From NCBI GenBank assembly GCA_965277285.1, contig OZ255721.1:2176001-2240000 (forward strand): DNA of 64,000 bases, read 5' to 3'. Of this stretch, positions 9,084-18,438 are shown piece after piece (position 1 is the first letter of the stretch; every line of letters begins with the position of its first letter). Source of the DNA: Abditibacteriaceae bacterium. Lineage in GTDB: Bacteria > Armatimonadota > Abditibacteriia > Abditibacteriales > Abditibacteriaceae. Made by a program: the position numbers and the translations under genes. The notes beneath the pieces were generated by a model, which made no database searches, was not told the origin of the DNA, and was given only the letters and a program-made list of their open reading frames with translations.

Positions 9084-10232
9084 TTACGGTTTCGTTGGTT
9101 GCAAAACCGAATCATAGATTTCCAGATATTGCTCGGCGATGTGCGGCCATCCAAAGTTCTGCGCGCGCTCACGTCCAGCTTCTCCCAAGCGCAGACGCAA
9201 CGCTTCGTCGTTCGCCAAGCGTGTCATTTGCGCCGCGAGATCGGCCACGTTGCCGCCTTCAAACAAAAGTCCCGTTTGATCGCGCAAGACGATTTCCGGC
9301 ACGCCGTCCACATTCGCCGCGAGAACCGCTTTGTCCGCGATCATCGCTTCCAAGTTGACAATTCCCTGCGGTTCCTGGCGCGACGGCAAAACGAAAAACG
9401 TGCAGCCTTTGAAGAGGGAAACCGCCGTCGGACGCTCTGCGCGGCCCAAAAACAAAACTCGTTTTTCCAGCCCGCGCTCGCGCACCAGAGTTTCCAAGCG
9501 CTCGCGCTCGGCACCTTCGCCGGCCAGCAAAATATCGTAATCGTTCAACTTCGCCTGCGCGAAAGCTTCGATTAAAAGGTCGAAACCTTTGTTTGGAACA
9601 AGTCGGCCAATGCCCAGAATATAAGGTCGCGGATGCGCGTACGGTTTTGCGCCGTCAAAATCCGTCGTTTCGATGCCGTTGTAGACGACGCGCGCGCGTG
9701 TGCCGAAAGGCGTGCCGAAAAACTGCTCCAAGTCTTCCAGCGTGTGGCGCGAACACGCGGTGATGAAGCTGGCGCGACGCAGCAAAGCGCGCATCGTCGC
9801 GTTCATAAACGGCGAACGCTGATACAATCCCGTTGCATCAATGGTGCGTTCGCCTTGCGTCGTCACGACAAGCGGCAAATGAGTCGTATCATATGCCAAC
9901 TGCGCGTAATAACCGTTCGAGCTGACGCATTGCACATGAAGCAATTCCGTTTCGTGCTTTTTTAATGTGCTCAGGATTTCGCGGCGTATGCGCGAATGCG
10001 ACAAAAAATGGCGCAATCGCGTCCGCGCCGGGCCTTCGGGAATGCGCATCGGGAAGCGATACAACGGCGTGCCTTCATATTCTTCGTAAGACGGCAAATT
10101 GGGCGGCCATTGATTGGTGATGACAATGCACTTGTGCCCTTTGACGCGATAAGCGCGCGCCAGTTGACGCACCAATTCCTCGACGCCGCCGACGTGCGGA
10201 TAAAATGCGCTGGCAAAAATTGCAATGTTCAT
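9084..10232 (-). CDS. Glycosyltransferase family 4
   Basis: FYPHVGGVE, GRLVPNKGFDLL, EPQGIVNLEAM. Confidence 0.93.
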   Translation of the reverse strand: MNIAIFASAFYPHVGGVEELVRQLARAYRVKGHKCIVITNQWPPNLPSYEEYEGTPLYRFPMRIPEGPARTRLRHFLSHSRIRREILSTLKKHETELLHVQCVSSNGYYAQLAYDTTHLPLVVTTQGERTIDATGLYQRSPFMNATMRALLRRASFITACSRHTLEDLEQFFGTPFGTRARVVYNGIETTDFDGAKPYAHPRPYILGIGRLVPNKGFDLLIEAFAQAKLNDYDILLAGEGAERERLETLVRERGLEKRVLFLGRAERPTAVSLFKGCTFFVLPSRQEPQGIVNLEAMIADKAVLAANVDGVPEIVLRDQTGLLFEGGNVADLAAQMTRLANDEALRLRLGEAGRERAQNFGWPHIAEQYLEIYDSVLQPTKP

Positions 10233-10288
10233 ACAAATAAAGCTCGTCAAACGCGTATCGAGTACTCAATTCCATTTCGGAAGCTCAA

Positions 10289-11317
10289 TCACACATCATT
10301 CGGGTCGTCGCCGCGATAAACCGCTTCATATTGAGCGCAAACGCGATCCCAACTAAAATCCTGCGCGCGCAGCAAACCCGCTTCGCGGAAATAATTGCGC
10401 CGGTTTTCATCCGTCAACAATTGCACCAGATTGTCCGCCAACTTGTCGTCCGAGGATAAAACGCCATAGCGTCCGTTTTGCGTGACTTCGGTGGCGCCAT
10501 CGTTTGGGCTGGCGACAACCGGCGTGCCGCTCGCCATCGCTTCGATGTAAGGCACGCCGAAACCTTCATACGAGCTGGGCAGGCAAAACACCCAGGCGCG
10601 CCGATAAAGATCGGTCAAAGTTTCATACGGCACGCGACCGAACCAGCGCACGCCATCGCCTTCGATTTCTTCTTCGCAGACTGCCCAAAACTCGGCACTC
10701 GGGACGCGCGGGCGAATTTCGTTTTTGAACTTTTCCAGCAACATCGCGCCGCGCTTGCGCCCGTGCATCGTGCCGACAAAAAGTATCGTTGGGTTTTCCG
10801 CTTTGTCGTCGGTCGGCGCGAACTCCGCGACGTTGACGCCATTTGGAATCACGTAATTGATGCGCGGAATGTAGCGTTTGGTAATCGACGAAACCGTAGT
10901 GTTGGCATCGCCCAGAAAGCAGCTTTCGTATTCGCAAAGCGCGAGCGCGAACATCCAGCCTTTGACTTTGAGGCTTGTCGCATGAAGCATTTCCGCCCAC
11001 AACGAGCCGTGATAAGTGTGAACGTGGCGCGGTCGCTTGCAGCCCCACAAAAACCAATCGTCGCCGTGCGCGTTCAAGACATCGAAGCGCGTCCAATCGT
11101 AATGACGCAAATTCCAGCAAAAATTGAAGGTGCGAAAGCGGCGTCCCGACGGCACCACAACAGTTTCGTACAAAGCATCTTCGCTGTGTCCCGTTTGACT
11201 AAAAACTGTGACGCGATGGCCGCGCTTGGTCAGCTCGTTCGCCAAATAATGCACGACGTAGCCGACACCAATTTTGCTGCCGGACGGCAAATACATCGAA
11301 GTAATGGCGATATTCAT
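10289..11317 (-). CDS. Glycosyltransferase family 4
   Basis: IPNGV, EGFGVPYIEAMASGTPVV. Confidence 0.93.
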   Translation of the reverse strand: MNIAITSMYLPSGSKIGVGYVVHYLANELTKRGHRVTVFSQTGHSEDALYETVVVPSGRRFRTFNFCWNLRHYDWTRFDVLNAHGDDWFLWGCKRPRHVHTYHGSLWAEMLHATSLKVKGWMFALALCEYESCFLGDANTTVSSITKRYIPRINYVIPNGVNVAEFAPTDDKAENPTILFVGTMHGRKRGAMLLEKFKNEIRPRVPSAEFWAVCEEEIEGDGVRWFGRVPYETLTDLYRRAWVFCLPSSYEGFGVPYIEAMASGTPVVASPNDGATEVTQNGRYGVLSSDDKLADNLVQLLTDENRRNYFREAGLLRAQDFSWDRVCAQYEAVYRGDDPNDV

Positions 11318-11370
11318 AAAACAAGAAGGGAAATCGAGTACTCGATGACGATTTTTCTCATCATCTATAT

Positions 11371-12255
11371 CTATTTTTTGCGCAACGCGAACGACAGCAA
11401 CGATTGCGCCACAAAAACCGGCGAGTGACGTAACGCGAAATTCCAATGCGGTAAGGCGCCCAAGAAATCGCGGTGTCGCACGCTTTCGCGCACGCGGTCA
11501 AAACCTTGCGAGCCGTAAACACGCGCGATTTTTCTTTGTCCCTCGCGCGCGGCGACCTGAGCACGGCGGTCGTTATTTTTAATTGCGGCCAGACGATGTT
11601 TTTCCAAGATGTTATTGCTGGCGGCGAACATTACTTCATAATTCAATGACATATTTGTGCCGTGAATTCGATATAACATCAGAATTTCATCAATGCCCGC
11701 GATGGGAAAAAAACGTGCGATGCGCAGCCACATTTCGTAATCGTCGCAGGGCGCGGCCAACGCATCGAAGCCGCCCACGTCTTGCAAAACTGTGCGCCGC
11801 ACCATGACGGAACTAACGCCGACACCGCAGCCATCGAGCAGCCACAAATAAGTGTTCATCAGGCCGCCGTAGCCGTGATTGATGCGACGATTTTCGCCAT
11901 CCACCATTTCAAACTGCGTGTGACACAAGCCCAGCTTTGGGTCGCTTTGCATCACTTCCAGTTGGCGCGCCAGCTTTTGCGGCAGCCATTCGTCGTCGGC
12001 ATCCAAAAACGCTACGAACTCGCCGCTGCTTTGCGTGATGGCCGCATTGCGCGCGACAGATTGTCCCTTGTTTTCCTGGCGGAGAACCCGAATGCGCGCA
12101 TCCCATTCGCCAAAGGGTAACAAGGCTTCGGTCGAACCATCGTCCATGATAACTATTTCCCAGTCTTCAAAAGTTTGCGCCAGGACAGAACGCACCGCGA
12201 TTTCCAGAAAACGCCCCGGATTGAAAGCTGGGATGATCACGCTGATAAGTGCCAT
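11371..12255 (-). CDS. Glycosyltransferase family 2
   Basis: ISVIIPAFN, DDGS, FLDADDEW; real start MALISV at 12255. Confidence 0.93.
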   Translation of the reverse strand: MALISVIIPAFNPGRFLEIAVRSVLAQTFEDWEIVIMDDGSTEALLPFGEWDARIRVLRQENKGQSVARNAAITQSSGEFVAFLDADDEWLPQKLARQLEVMQSDPKLGLCHTQFEMVDGENRRINHGYGGLMNTYLWLLDGCGVGVSSVMVRRTVLQDVGGFDALAAPCDDYEMWLRIARFFPIAGIDEILMLYRIHGTNMSLNYEVMFAASNNILEKHRLAAIKNNDRRAQVAAREGQRKIARVYGSQGFDRVRESVRHRDFLGALPHWNFALRHSPVFVAQSLLSFALRKK

Positions 12256-12346
12256 AATAAATTTGGATGAACGGCAACGCAATAGCAACAAAAAGAGGAG
12301 CGCGCACTCGATTCTTACGAGGAAATTGAGTGCGCGCTCTTTTCGC

Positions 12347-13414
12347 TTATTTTCCGTCCTTGATGGTGGATTTGCGTGGCGAAATGATCGTTCCGTCAAA
12401 GATCGCGGCGTTCGAGCGCACATCGCAATCGAAACCGACAATCGAACGCACCAGGTGCGTGTGCGGTTCGACGACGGAACGCGCCCACAAAATCGAATGC
12501 GAAACGTGCGCATCGTGGCCGATGACGCAACTTTCGCCCAAAACAGAACGCGCTTCGACTGTCGCATTCGCGCCGATGACGCAACGCGGCCCGATGACGC
12601 ATGGCGCTTCAATTTTTGCGCTTGCGTGAATGTCGCAATCGTGGCCGATCCACAAGCCGTCGCCCGAGGTTGGAATGTTGATTTCGATTTCGGATTCGCC
12701 GGAGAAAAAGTCGTCGTGGCTTTCACGATATTCGCGCAAATTACCGACATCGCGCCAGTAATCATCGGTCGCAAAACCGTAAAACGGCGCTTTTTGCTCC
12801 AGCAAAGCCGGAAATAATTCCTTGCCGAAATCATAAAACTGGCCGGATGGAATCAAATCGAGAATTTGCGGCTCGAACAAGTAAACACCGGTATTGACGA
12901 GGTTGCTGGGCGCGGTTCCGGGCGCTGGTTTTTCGACAAAGCGCGTGATTTTCTCGCCGCGCCCCAAAACTACCACGCCAAATTGCGAAGGGTCTTGCAC
13001 CGTCGCCAGAGCAATTGTCGCCATGGCTTTTTTCGCTTTGTGAAACTTCAACATCGCGCTCAAGTCGATGTTCGTCAGGTCATCGCCGCCGACCACGGCA
13101 AAGGTTTCTTTTGGCTGAAAAAAATCGAATTGCTCGGCCACGCGCTTAACGCCGCCCGCCGTGCCCATCAGCTTGGCTTCGCGGTTGAACGTCATGTGCG
13201 CGCCCAGCGAGCGGCCATCGTTGAAATAACCTTCGATTTGATCGGCCAGATAATGTGTGTTGGCGACAATATCCGTGAAACCGTGCTGCACCAAAAGCTG
13301 CACGATATGTTCCATCACGGGCTGATTGACAATCGGAACCATTGGCTTGGGCACGTTGCGCGTCAAAGGATCGAGCCGGCTGCCGACACCGGCGGCTAAA
13401 ATCATCGCTTTCAA
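12347..13414 (-). CDS. NDP-sugar synthase (mannose-1-phosphate guanylyltransferase-like) with hexapeptide repeats
   Basis: TTG start with GAGGAG RBS; ILAAG.GSRL.PLT...PKPM, FVEKP, YWRDVG, C-terminal LbH repeats. Confidence 0.92.
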   Translation of the reverse strand: MKAMILAAGVGSRLDPLTRNVPKPMVPIVNQPVMEHIVQLLVQHGFTDIVANTHYLADQIEGYFNDGRSLGAHMTFNREAKLMGTAGGVKRVAEQFDFFQPKETFAVVGGDDLTNIDLSAMLKFHKAKKAMATIALATVQDPSQFGVVVLGRGEKITRFVEKPAPGTAPSNLVNTGVYLFEPQILDLIPSGQFYDFGKELFPALLEQKAPFYGFATDDYWRDVGNLREYRESHDDFFSGESEIEINIPTSGDGLWIGHDCDIHASAKIEAPCVIGPRCVIGANATVEARSVLGESCVIGHDAHVSHSILWARSVVEPHTHLVRSIVGFDCDVRSNAAIFDGTIISPRKSTIKDGK

Positions 13415-13798
13415 AAGGAAACTCCTCAGATAATTCAAAAGTGCGGCACAACGCTGGAACCGTTTAACAACGAAACAGCATAGCCAGACACGCAAAAGTT
13501 GCACCACAAAAGATGCAACTTTGAAACGCTTCTCACTTTATCAAATTGGCGTGCCTTCGCCGAACGCTTTATTAGGTACAACACGCGTATCGAGTACTCG
13601 ATACGCGTAAAAAACTGTTTTGCAACGTGTCAAAGCCAGGAACACGGAACTTGGTCACACGAATGGAACAGATCAAAAAAGAACCGAGTTGTCAACGTGG
13701 TGGCGCATCGAATATGCCAATACATCTGTCTATCCGCGCAACAAAGTTCCGTGTTGCCTTTTTACGTCCGATTTCCAAAAATAGTTTTGCAAGTGAAT

Positions 13799-15679
13799 TT
13801 ATTCAGCGCGCGGAATCGGGCTGTCGCCGGAAGAATCTGACGAACTGGACGAACCCGAACTTTCTGGCTGTGGAATCGGGCTGTCGGACGAACTGCTGGA
13901 CGAACGCCTGCGATGGCGGCGCGATGTCGAAAGCGGGCGCGGCGTGTCGGACGAATCAGACGACGAAGCGGCGGTTGACGTGTCAGAAGAGGAAGCATCG
14001 CTCGTAACGCGGTGACGACGCCGATGACGCGTTCGCGGCGTCGCGGATGCGTCCGCTGTGTCGCCGGGCGTTGGATCGGTGCTGGCGATCACCACACGGT
14101 TATCTGGCGCGCCATCCGAAGACGCTGCGCTTGAAGCGTCTTGCGAACTCGAAGCGGTTTCGGAAGATGTGCTGCTTGCAGTTGTTCCATCGCTGGAGCG
14201 AGTCGAAGCATCCTTTGGCAATTGATTGGCGTCATTTCCAGTACTCGAATCGGCGCTGGCGGTGCGCAACGACGAATTTGCGGTGTCAACGTCGTTATTG
14301 CTGCGACCTTGTGCGCTCATATCGTCGGCGTTGTCGGCCAATTTGGGATCGACCTGGCCTTTGAGCAAACCGGCTTCGCGCAACACTTCCTGCGCGCCCG
14401 GATTGGTGTCATTGGCGCTCGTCACTTCGTCTTCATCCGTCGAAGGCGAATCGGCCAGGAACAAGTTTGGGCTAAACGTGGAGCCGAAAATAACATTAAG
14501 TAACTTGATATTTTTCGGACGATTGAGGGTAAAAGAGCCGCGCGACGAATAAACGCCGAACATCGTGATCGGCTGAATCTTGGCGGAATCGCCCAAACCG
14601 CGCGTGAAGTAAGCGGCGGACGCGAGCTGTTCATCCGTCATGTCGGTATCGAACTGTTGACGCAAAGCTTCAATGCGCGAAGGAAGTTCGAGCGGGCTGG
14701 TGTGCATGATCTTTTTGGCCAGAGCGCGCATCACTTGCTGCTGGCGGCGCATTCGTCCCGTGTCGCCCTCGATGTCTTCGCGGAAACGCACGTAATCGTG
14801 CGCTTGTTGCCCATTGAGCGTTTGCAACCCTGGCTTCATGTGCTGGTGCAAATTGCCCCAATTGTCGTCGTAATTCAAGTCGCCGCGATATAATTTGCCA
14901 GTCGCTTTATTGCGCAAAAGGGCGCCTTCGACGTTCACTTCGACGCCGCCCACATCGTCAATCAGTTTTTTGAAGCCGTCGAATTTGATGACCGCATAAT
15001 GCTGAATCGTGATGCCCAACGAATCGTGAAACGTTTTTACCAGCAATTGCGGGCCGCCATAAGCGTGCGCGGCATTCAGTTTGGCGCGCTTAACGTGATA
15101 TTCATTCGGCGGCATGTGCACCATCGAATCGCGCGGCACGGACAACATTCGCACAGTGCCTTTGGTTTTATCCAGCGACATCACGATCATCGAATCGGCG
15201 CGTGCCGGCGTGTCTTTATCGACGACGTGGTAAGGGCGAAACGTTTTGGTGCGTGGGTCATAAACCTTGGCCGGTTTGTAATTGACATCGCGCCCGATCA
15301 ACAAAATGTTGACGTGATCGCTGCCTGCGTCGTCAAAAATCCGGTCGGGATTTTGTTTGACCTGATAAGCAATCACGGCGCCATGTGTGACTGTTTGCAT
15401 CATTTTGCGGCCGTGCTTGGTCAAAGTGCCATAAGCCGCGCCTGCAGCCACAATTATCGCCAACACCAAACCTAAGCCGCGCCAGAAGCGCCCGCGCCTG
15501 GGCGGATTATTGCGACCATTAGTGGAATTATTGCGTGAAGATGAAACAGAAACCTGCGACGGCGTGCGCGGTCGTGAGGAAGGGGTTGCGGCAGTGCGCG
15601 AGGGACTTTCCGAAGGAGAGTCGGCGCGGCGATTATCTTGGCTCAATGCGTCCTCCGTTGTGCTCAAGATTCTAACCAA
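13799..15679 (-). CDS. LCP (LytR-CpsA-Psr) family phosphotransferase with Ser-rich tail
   Basis: TM helix, NILLIG.D, RADSM, SVPRD, KLNAAHAYGG, YVRFR, RMRRQQ. Confidence 0.92.
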   Translation of the reverse strand: MVRILSTTEDALSQDNRRADSPSESPSRTAATPSSRPRTPSQVSVSSSRNNSTNGRNNPPRRGRFWRGLGLVLAIIVAAGAAYGTLTKHGRKMMQTVTHGAVIAYQVKQNPDRIFDDAGSDHVNILLIGRDVNYKPAKVYDPRTKTFRPYHVVDKDTPARADSMIVMSLDKTKGTVRMLSVPRDSMVHMPPNEYHVKRAKLNAAHAYGGPQLLVKTFHDSLGITIQHYAVIKFDGFKKLIDDVGGVEVNVEGALLRNKATGKLYRGDLNYDDNWGNLHQHMKPGLQTLNGQQAHDYVRFREDIEGDTGRMRRQQQVMRALAKKIMHTSPLELPSRIEALRQQFDTDMTDEQLASAAYFTRGLGDSAKIQPITMFGVYSSRGSFTLNRPKNIKLLNVIFGSTFSPNLFLADSPSTDEDEVTSANDTNPGAQEVLREAGLLKGQVDPKLADNADDMSAQGRSNNDVDTANSSLRTASADSSTGNDANQLPKDASTRSSDGTTASSTSSETASSSQDASSAASSDGAPDNRVVIASTDPTPGDTADASATPRTRHRRRHRVTSDASSSDTSTAASSSDSSDTPRPLSTSRRHRRRSSSSSSDSPIPQPESSGSSSSSDSSGDSPIPRAE

Positions 15680-15843
15680 GCCACCAACATGGAATCAAAT
15701 AGAACTTAGGTGGAAACACGCTACAAGCCACAAAGCAAGGCGCAAATCGAATGTTCGCGTCTTGCTTTGTGGCTTACCAATTTCGCCTATCGAGTACTCG
15801 ATAGGCTCAACTTTGCCTACAACCCTGGTTCCAAATCCTGCTT

Positions 15844-16431
15844 TCATACTGTTGTGGAAAAATTATGGAGCGCTGTCGTCATGTCATTTTGCAGCATTTC
15901 GACGCCACCATAACCAGGCGAAGTATTGAGAACTTTGCCATCGGCATCGAGCCAGAGCAACGTCGGATAGCCCGTGACGTTGAAACGCAACGCCAAATCC
16001 TGGCGTTTTTCGGCATCGACTTTCACCATCACGAACTTTTGCGATTGTTGAATGACATCGGCGTTGGTATAGCCATCGCGGTCGAGCATTTTGCAGGCGC
16101 TACACCAATCAGTATAAAAATCGACCATCAACGGCTTGTGCGACTTGACCGCTTCAGCCTGCGCTTCCTCAAAGGTTTTGCTCCACACAATTTTCTGATT
16201 AGTCGCCATTTTTGTCGACGACTTAGAAGCGCCGCCAACCGTTTGCGTTGTCGCCGAATTGTCCGGCGCGGAATTGATTGGCGCGGAGCCGTTTGGCGCG
16301 GATGAAGTATCGGATGTGGCAGTCAGCGCGGGAGCGCTGGTCGAAGAAGCTGGCGCGACGTTGGACGAACAACCCGAAACCGCGACGCACAACACAACTA
16401 AAGGCACAAAAAGAAGTTTTCGAGTACTCAT
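15844..16431 (-). CDS. Thioredoxin-fold lipoprotein
   Basis: Lipobox VSG-C; VDFYTDWCSAC; GYPT. Confidence 0.88.
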   Translation of the reverse strand: MSTRKLLFVPLVVLCVAVSGCSSNVAPASSTSAPALTATSDTSSAPNGSAPINSAPDNSATTQTVGGASKSSTKMATNQKIVWSKTFEEAQAEAVKSHKPLMVDFYTDWCSACKMLDRDGYTNADVIQQSQKFVMVKVDAEKRQDLALRFNVTGYPTLLWLDADGKVLNTSPGYGGVEMLQNDMTTALHNFSTTV

Positions 16432-16467
16432 AAGGAAGAACACCTGTGAAACCAAGACATTGAAAAG

Positions 16468-16983
16468 TTATGGCCGGACGAAGCAGTTTCGCGCAAGTTG
16501 CCGCGCTTTTTCCAGCACCTCGCGCGCATGACCTAAAGGTGTTACATCGTTCCAAATATGACGTACCACGCCATCTTTGTCCACCAAAAGTGTGGTGCGA
16601 CGAACTTTCGTCACTGGCTTGCCATACATCGTCGCTGGCACGATCAAATCCCACGATTTCAACAACGCTTGCTCTTTATCGGCCAACAACGCATACGGCA
16701 ACTGCTGATTTTCGATGAACTTGCGGTGCGCACCAATTCCATCGCGCGACAGCCCGACAACTTCAATATCGAGTACGCGAAACTCGGGATACAAATCGCG
16801 GAAACCGCACACTTCGATGGTGCAACCGCTCGTCGCATCTTTGGGATAAACGAACAAAACCAACGCTTTTCCGACGAAATCCACGTTGCTTCGAGTACTC
16901 GATTCGATTCCGTTGGACGTGGAAACTATCGCGGGAAGCGAAAACGGCGGCAACTTTTCGCCGATTTGCGGAAAGTCGCTCAT
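16468..16983 (-). CDS. bcp: Peroxiredoxin BCP/PrxQ
   Basis: YPKDATSGCTIEVCGFRD, RTT. Confidence 0.9.
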   Translation of the reverse strand: MSDFPQIGEKLPPFSLPAIVSTSNGIESSTRSNVDFVGKALVLFVYPKDATSGCTIEVCGFRDLYPEFRVLDIEVVGLSRDGIGAHRKFIENQQLPYALLADKEQALLKSWDLIVPATMYGKPVTKVRRTTLLVDKDGVVRHIWNDVTPLGHAREVLEKARQLARNCFVRP

Positions 16984-17780
16984 GCCTCGATGCTCTCCTT
17001 TTGTTCTTGCACGCGGCGCGCGATTTGGGACAGCTTTTGGCGAGGCAACAAACGCGTCGCAAACGCCCAGAACGCGTTGCTTTTGCCCGTGATGACAAGC
17101 GTTTGGCCGCGCATCAAGGCGCGATAACCGATTTGTGCGACCTGCGCGGAATTCATCGAAACGTTTTCAAACAGCCTGGAGTTGCTCATCTGCGCGCGCG
17201 TTTGAAAATCGCTTTGCGTTGGGCCGGGACAGAGGCACGTCACCGTCACGCCGGTTCCTTGCGTTTCGTTCGACAAGGCTTCGCTGAACGAAAGGACAAA
17301 GGCTTTGGTCGCGTAATAAACCGCCATCAAAGGGCCGGGCAAAAACGCCGCAGTGGAAGCGACATTGAGTACTCGACCGCGCTTGCGCTCGATCATCGGC
17401 GGCAAAAACAAGCGTGTCAAATGCGTTAAAGCCGCGACGTTGACCTGCATCATTTCCAGAATATCGTCGGTGTTTTGTTCGGCAAAATGTCCGTAACCGC
17501 CAAAACCGGCGTTGTTCACCAGAACATCAATTTCAGTTTCGGCGCGTTGCAATTCATCGAAGATTTTTTGTGCTGCCAAAGGCCGCGAAAGGTCTTTCAC
17601 TAAAACCGTCGCGCGGATGTTATAACGCTTCGATAAGGTGTTGGCGATTTCTTTCAGTTTTTCGCGGTTGCGTGCGACCAGAACCAGATCGTAACCGCCG
17701 CGCGCCAGACAATTGGCCAATTCCAGCCCGATGCCGCCAGATGCGCCCGTCACCAGCGCCGTGCCTTTTCGCTTTTTCAT
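16980..17780 (-). CDS. Short-chain dehydrogenase/reductase (DltE-like)
   Basis: TGASGGIG, NNAG, YYATK. Confidence 0.93.
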   Translation of the reverse strand: MKKRKGTALVTGASGGIGLELANCLARGGYDLVLVARNREKLKEIANTLSKRYNIRATVLVKDLSRPLAAQKIFDELQRAETEIDVLVNNAGFGGYGHFAEQNTDDILEMMQVNVAALTHLTRLFLPPMIERKRGRVLNVASTAAFLPGPLMAVYYATKAFVLSFSEALSNETQGTGVTVTCLCPGPTQSDFQTRAQMSNSRLFENVSMNSAQVAQIGYRALMRGQTLVITGKSNAFWAFATRLLPRQKLSQIARRVQEQKESIEA

Positions 17781-17816
17781 GGCGCGAAGTTTAGCCTACG
17801 TGTGTTTTTGGAGAAA

Positions 17817-18182
17817 CTAATGAGCTAAATCTCCATGCACTAACTGCCAAATCCCCACACAAATCAAGCCTCCAAAGACTGCGGGGAACAACAATATGTA
17901 AGCCCAAAACAATTTAGATTGAATATGTTCATTCTTTTCTATCCGCTGAAACCAGCCATACTTCTTAAGTTGCATATAGGCACCAGCAAATGTAAGCATG
18001 GTACATATAGCTATCAACACTCTTATAACTCCACTCAGAATTCCACCTGATATTAAAAAAAGATGACGATTGTCTAACTCTCCTTGAACTATGCCGCTCA
18101 CCGCAGATGCAATGATGACGCAGAGCCACATTTCAAGACCGCTGTGCTGTGCCTGTGTAGGTTTTTTATCGTTCGCCATCAT
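17817..18182 (-). CDS. Hypothetical membrane protein (about 3 TM), AT-rich
   Basis: Three hydrophobic segments; GGAG RBS before ATG 18182. Confidence 0.55.
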   Translation of the reverse strand: MMANDKKPTQAQHSGLEMWLCVIIASAVSGIVQGELDNRHLFLISGGILSGVIRVLIAICTMLTFAGAYMQLKKYGWFQRIEKNEHIQSKLFWAYILLFPAVFGGLICVGIWQLVHGDLAH

Positions 18183-18438
18183 TCCACTCTCCAGTTGAAA
18201 CATGACGTTCCAAGTTAAGCACATCTTTTACATTTTGCAGGAATAAGTTTGTCGATAGGTCACTATTGAGTACTCGATCAGCCAGACGATTTTTCGAGCG
18301 TTTGATAGTTGCGGGAAGTATCTACGAGTGTGATAGACATGTCGTGCTAAACTAAAATGCCGCGCATTATTGAGTCGAAGAATCGAGTACTCGATTTGGT
18401 TGCGACGCCGCATTCTCCCCGTTTTAAAGGCAAAACAC

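Noticed and set aside
12256..12834. N-terminal extension of the GT2 ORF (487 aa in the track)
   Set aside because: Overlaps the NDP-sugar synthase in another frame; GT2 homology starts at MALISV (12255)
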